Assembly (NCBI GenBank): GCA_003156795.1
Contig: PMHU01000182.1
Location: 366 to 34,541, forward strand
Source: Acidimicrobiaceae bacterium
GTDB taxonomy: Bacteria > Actinomycetota > Acidimicrobiia > Acidimicrobiales > Palsa-688
Length of the DNA: 34,176 nucleotides
Direction: 5' to 3'
A program made the translations under genes and the position numbers. Below the pieces are notes generated by a model. That model did no database searches, had not been told where the DNA came from, and saw only the letters and a program-made list of their open reading frames with translations. This document shows, one piece after another, positions 33,322 through 34,176 of the stretch; the first letter of the stretch is position 1, and each line of letters opens with the position of its first letter.

Positions 33322-34176
33322 TCACGGAGCCTCGGCCGGACTCAGGAATCGTTCGGTGTAGGCCGCAAACCGGTCCGCGAGGTCGTCACGGTCCAGGCCG
33401 ACGTCCTCGGCCCGGTAGTCGATGCTCCCGTGCCGGTCGCGTTGGTGGGTCGCGAGGTAGGTCTCCATGGCGGCCAGGTGGTCTTGGGTCACCGTCTCGT
33501 TCGCCACCTCGTAACAGCGCACCGCCGTGGCCAGATCGTCGGCCATGAATTCACCGAATCGGATGTCGAGGGAACGCCCGGATGGAAGGCGGTCACGGTC
33601 GCGGATGAGGCTGTCGAGCATGAGCGCGATGCGGTCCCGCCAGTAGCGCCCGATCTGTTCGACGGGAACCTCGTCGCGATGCATGCGGGCGGTGTAGGCG
33701 ATCATGGTCGCCATGGAGACGACCACCTCAGCCGGGTCGCGATGGGTGATGACAACGGTGGCGTCCGGAAACACCGCGTTCAGCACCGGGAGCTGTTCGA
33801 GGTGTTGCGGCGACTTCAGCAACCAGCGTCGGGCGCCGCCCAGATGCTGGAGCGCCCGCAGTTGGGTACGCAGGTACGAGTAGTGGGGCGTCTGATCATG
33901 GTCTAGGTAGTAGTCACGCCAGGCGGGTATCTCACCTAGGGTCTCGAAGAACATGGTCGAGAAGTCATTGGCGAGAAGCTGGATCTCCTCGTGGACGTGG
34001 TCCGCGGTCATCTCGTGCATGAGCTTGAAGTAGGGCATGGCGAGGTCGACGAACCACAGGCCTTGCTCGGCCCGGGCGCGTCGAGGGTCGGGTTCGGTCC
34101 CGATCTCGGCCGGTAGGGGGAAGGGTTCGAGGGACTCCCAGTACGGGAGGGAGCGAAAGGCGGGGCCGGCTGCGAG
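33322..34176 (-). CDS. Sulfotransferase family protein (Sulfotransfer_3-like); the N-terminus lies outside the window
   Basis: The frame stays open from 34038 to the window edge (...LAAGPAFRSLPYWESLEPF...GLWFVDLAMPYFKL). RWLLKSPQHLEQLPVLNAVFPDATVVITHRDPAEVVVSMATM is the characteristic 3'-phosphate-binding region of actinobacterial sulfotransferases. Confidence 0.8.
   Translation of the reverse strand, partial: LAAGPAFRSLPYWESLEPFPLPAEIGTEPDPRRARAEQGLWFVDLAMPYFKLMHEMTADHVHEEIQLLANDFSTMFFETLGEIPAWRDYYLDHDQTPHYSYLRTQLRALQHLGGARRWLLKSPQHLEQLPVLNAVFPDATVVITHRDPAEVVVSMATMIAYTARMHRDEVPVEQIGRYWRDRIALMLDSLIRDRDRLPSGRSLDIRFGEFMADDLATAVRCYEVANETVTQDHLAAMETYLATHQRDRHGSIDYRAEDVGLDRDDLADRFAAYTERFLSPAEAP

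Noticed and set aside
1-34176. Search for mobile elements, prophage genes, CRISPR arrays, toxin-antitoxin pairs, tRNA/rRNA genes and classical defence-system genes (nucleases, methylases with REases, helicase/ATPase pairs).
   Set aside because: I recognised no integrase, transposase or recombinase motifs, no direct-repeat/spacer arrays, and no tRNA-like cloverleaf candidates in the short intergenic regions. The only methyltransferase (16432-17184) is a small-molecule-type class I enzyme with no partner nuclease.

Overview
This is a visibly GC-rich stretch of chromosome (roughly two-thirds G+C by eye, not computed). Its gene content looks actinobacterial: several F420-type enzymes, Stf0-like sulfotransferases, Ser/Thr kinases and twin-arginine/lipobox signals. 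I support about 35 protein-coding genes. I saw no rRNA, tRNA, CRISPR array, transposase or integrase.

The most interesting locus is a two-gene family-1 encapsulin operon (2012-3549, minus strand). Its upstream partner is not one of the cargo classes I know of, but a nitrobindin-like haem beta-barrel protein. That protein ends in a textbook SLGIGSLR encapsulin-targeting peptide, and its stop codon overlaps the shell gene start (TAATG). The operon sits between a HAMP-GGDEF diguanylate cyclase and a PAS/multi-TM sensor on the same strand.

The second notable locus is a divergent phospho-signalling island (25212-31868). One arm has an ABC1/UbiB-type kinase followed by a non-RD (HGD) Ser/Thr kinase with a roughly 660-aa Asp-box propeller ectodomain carrying 13 regularly spaced cysteine pairs. 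The other arm has an FHA-LuxR fusion regulator followed by a conventional RD Ser/Thr kinase.

Other content:
- a TetR-controlled F420-oxidoreductase/FAH/extradiol-dioxygenase operon with an AT-rich palindrome in its divergent promoter;
- an orphan Clp_N/zinc-ribbon protein;
- a secreted phospholipase C and a LIP-family lipase;
- a convergent pair of sulfotransferases, one carrying an in-frame 15-bp tandem repeat;
- assorted housekeeping-type enzymes.

All functional calls rest on motif-level recognition of the supplied translations. No database search was run.
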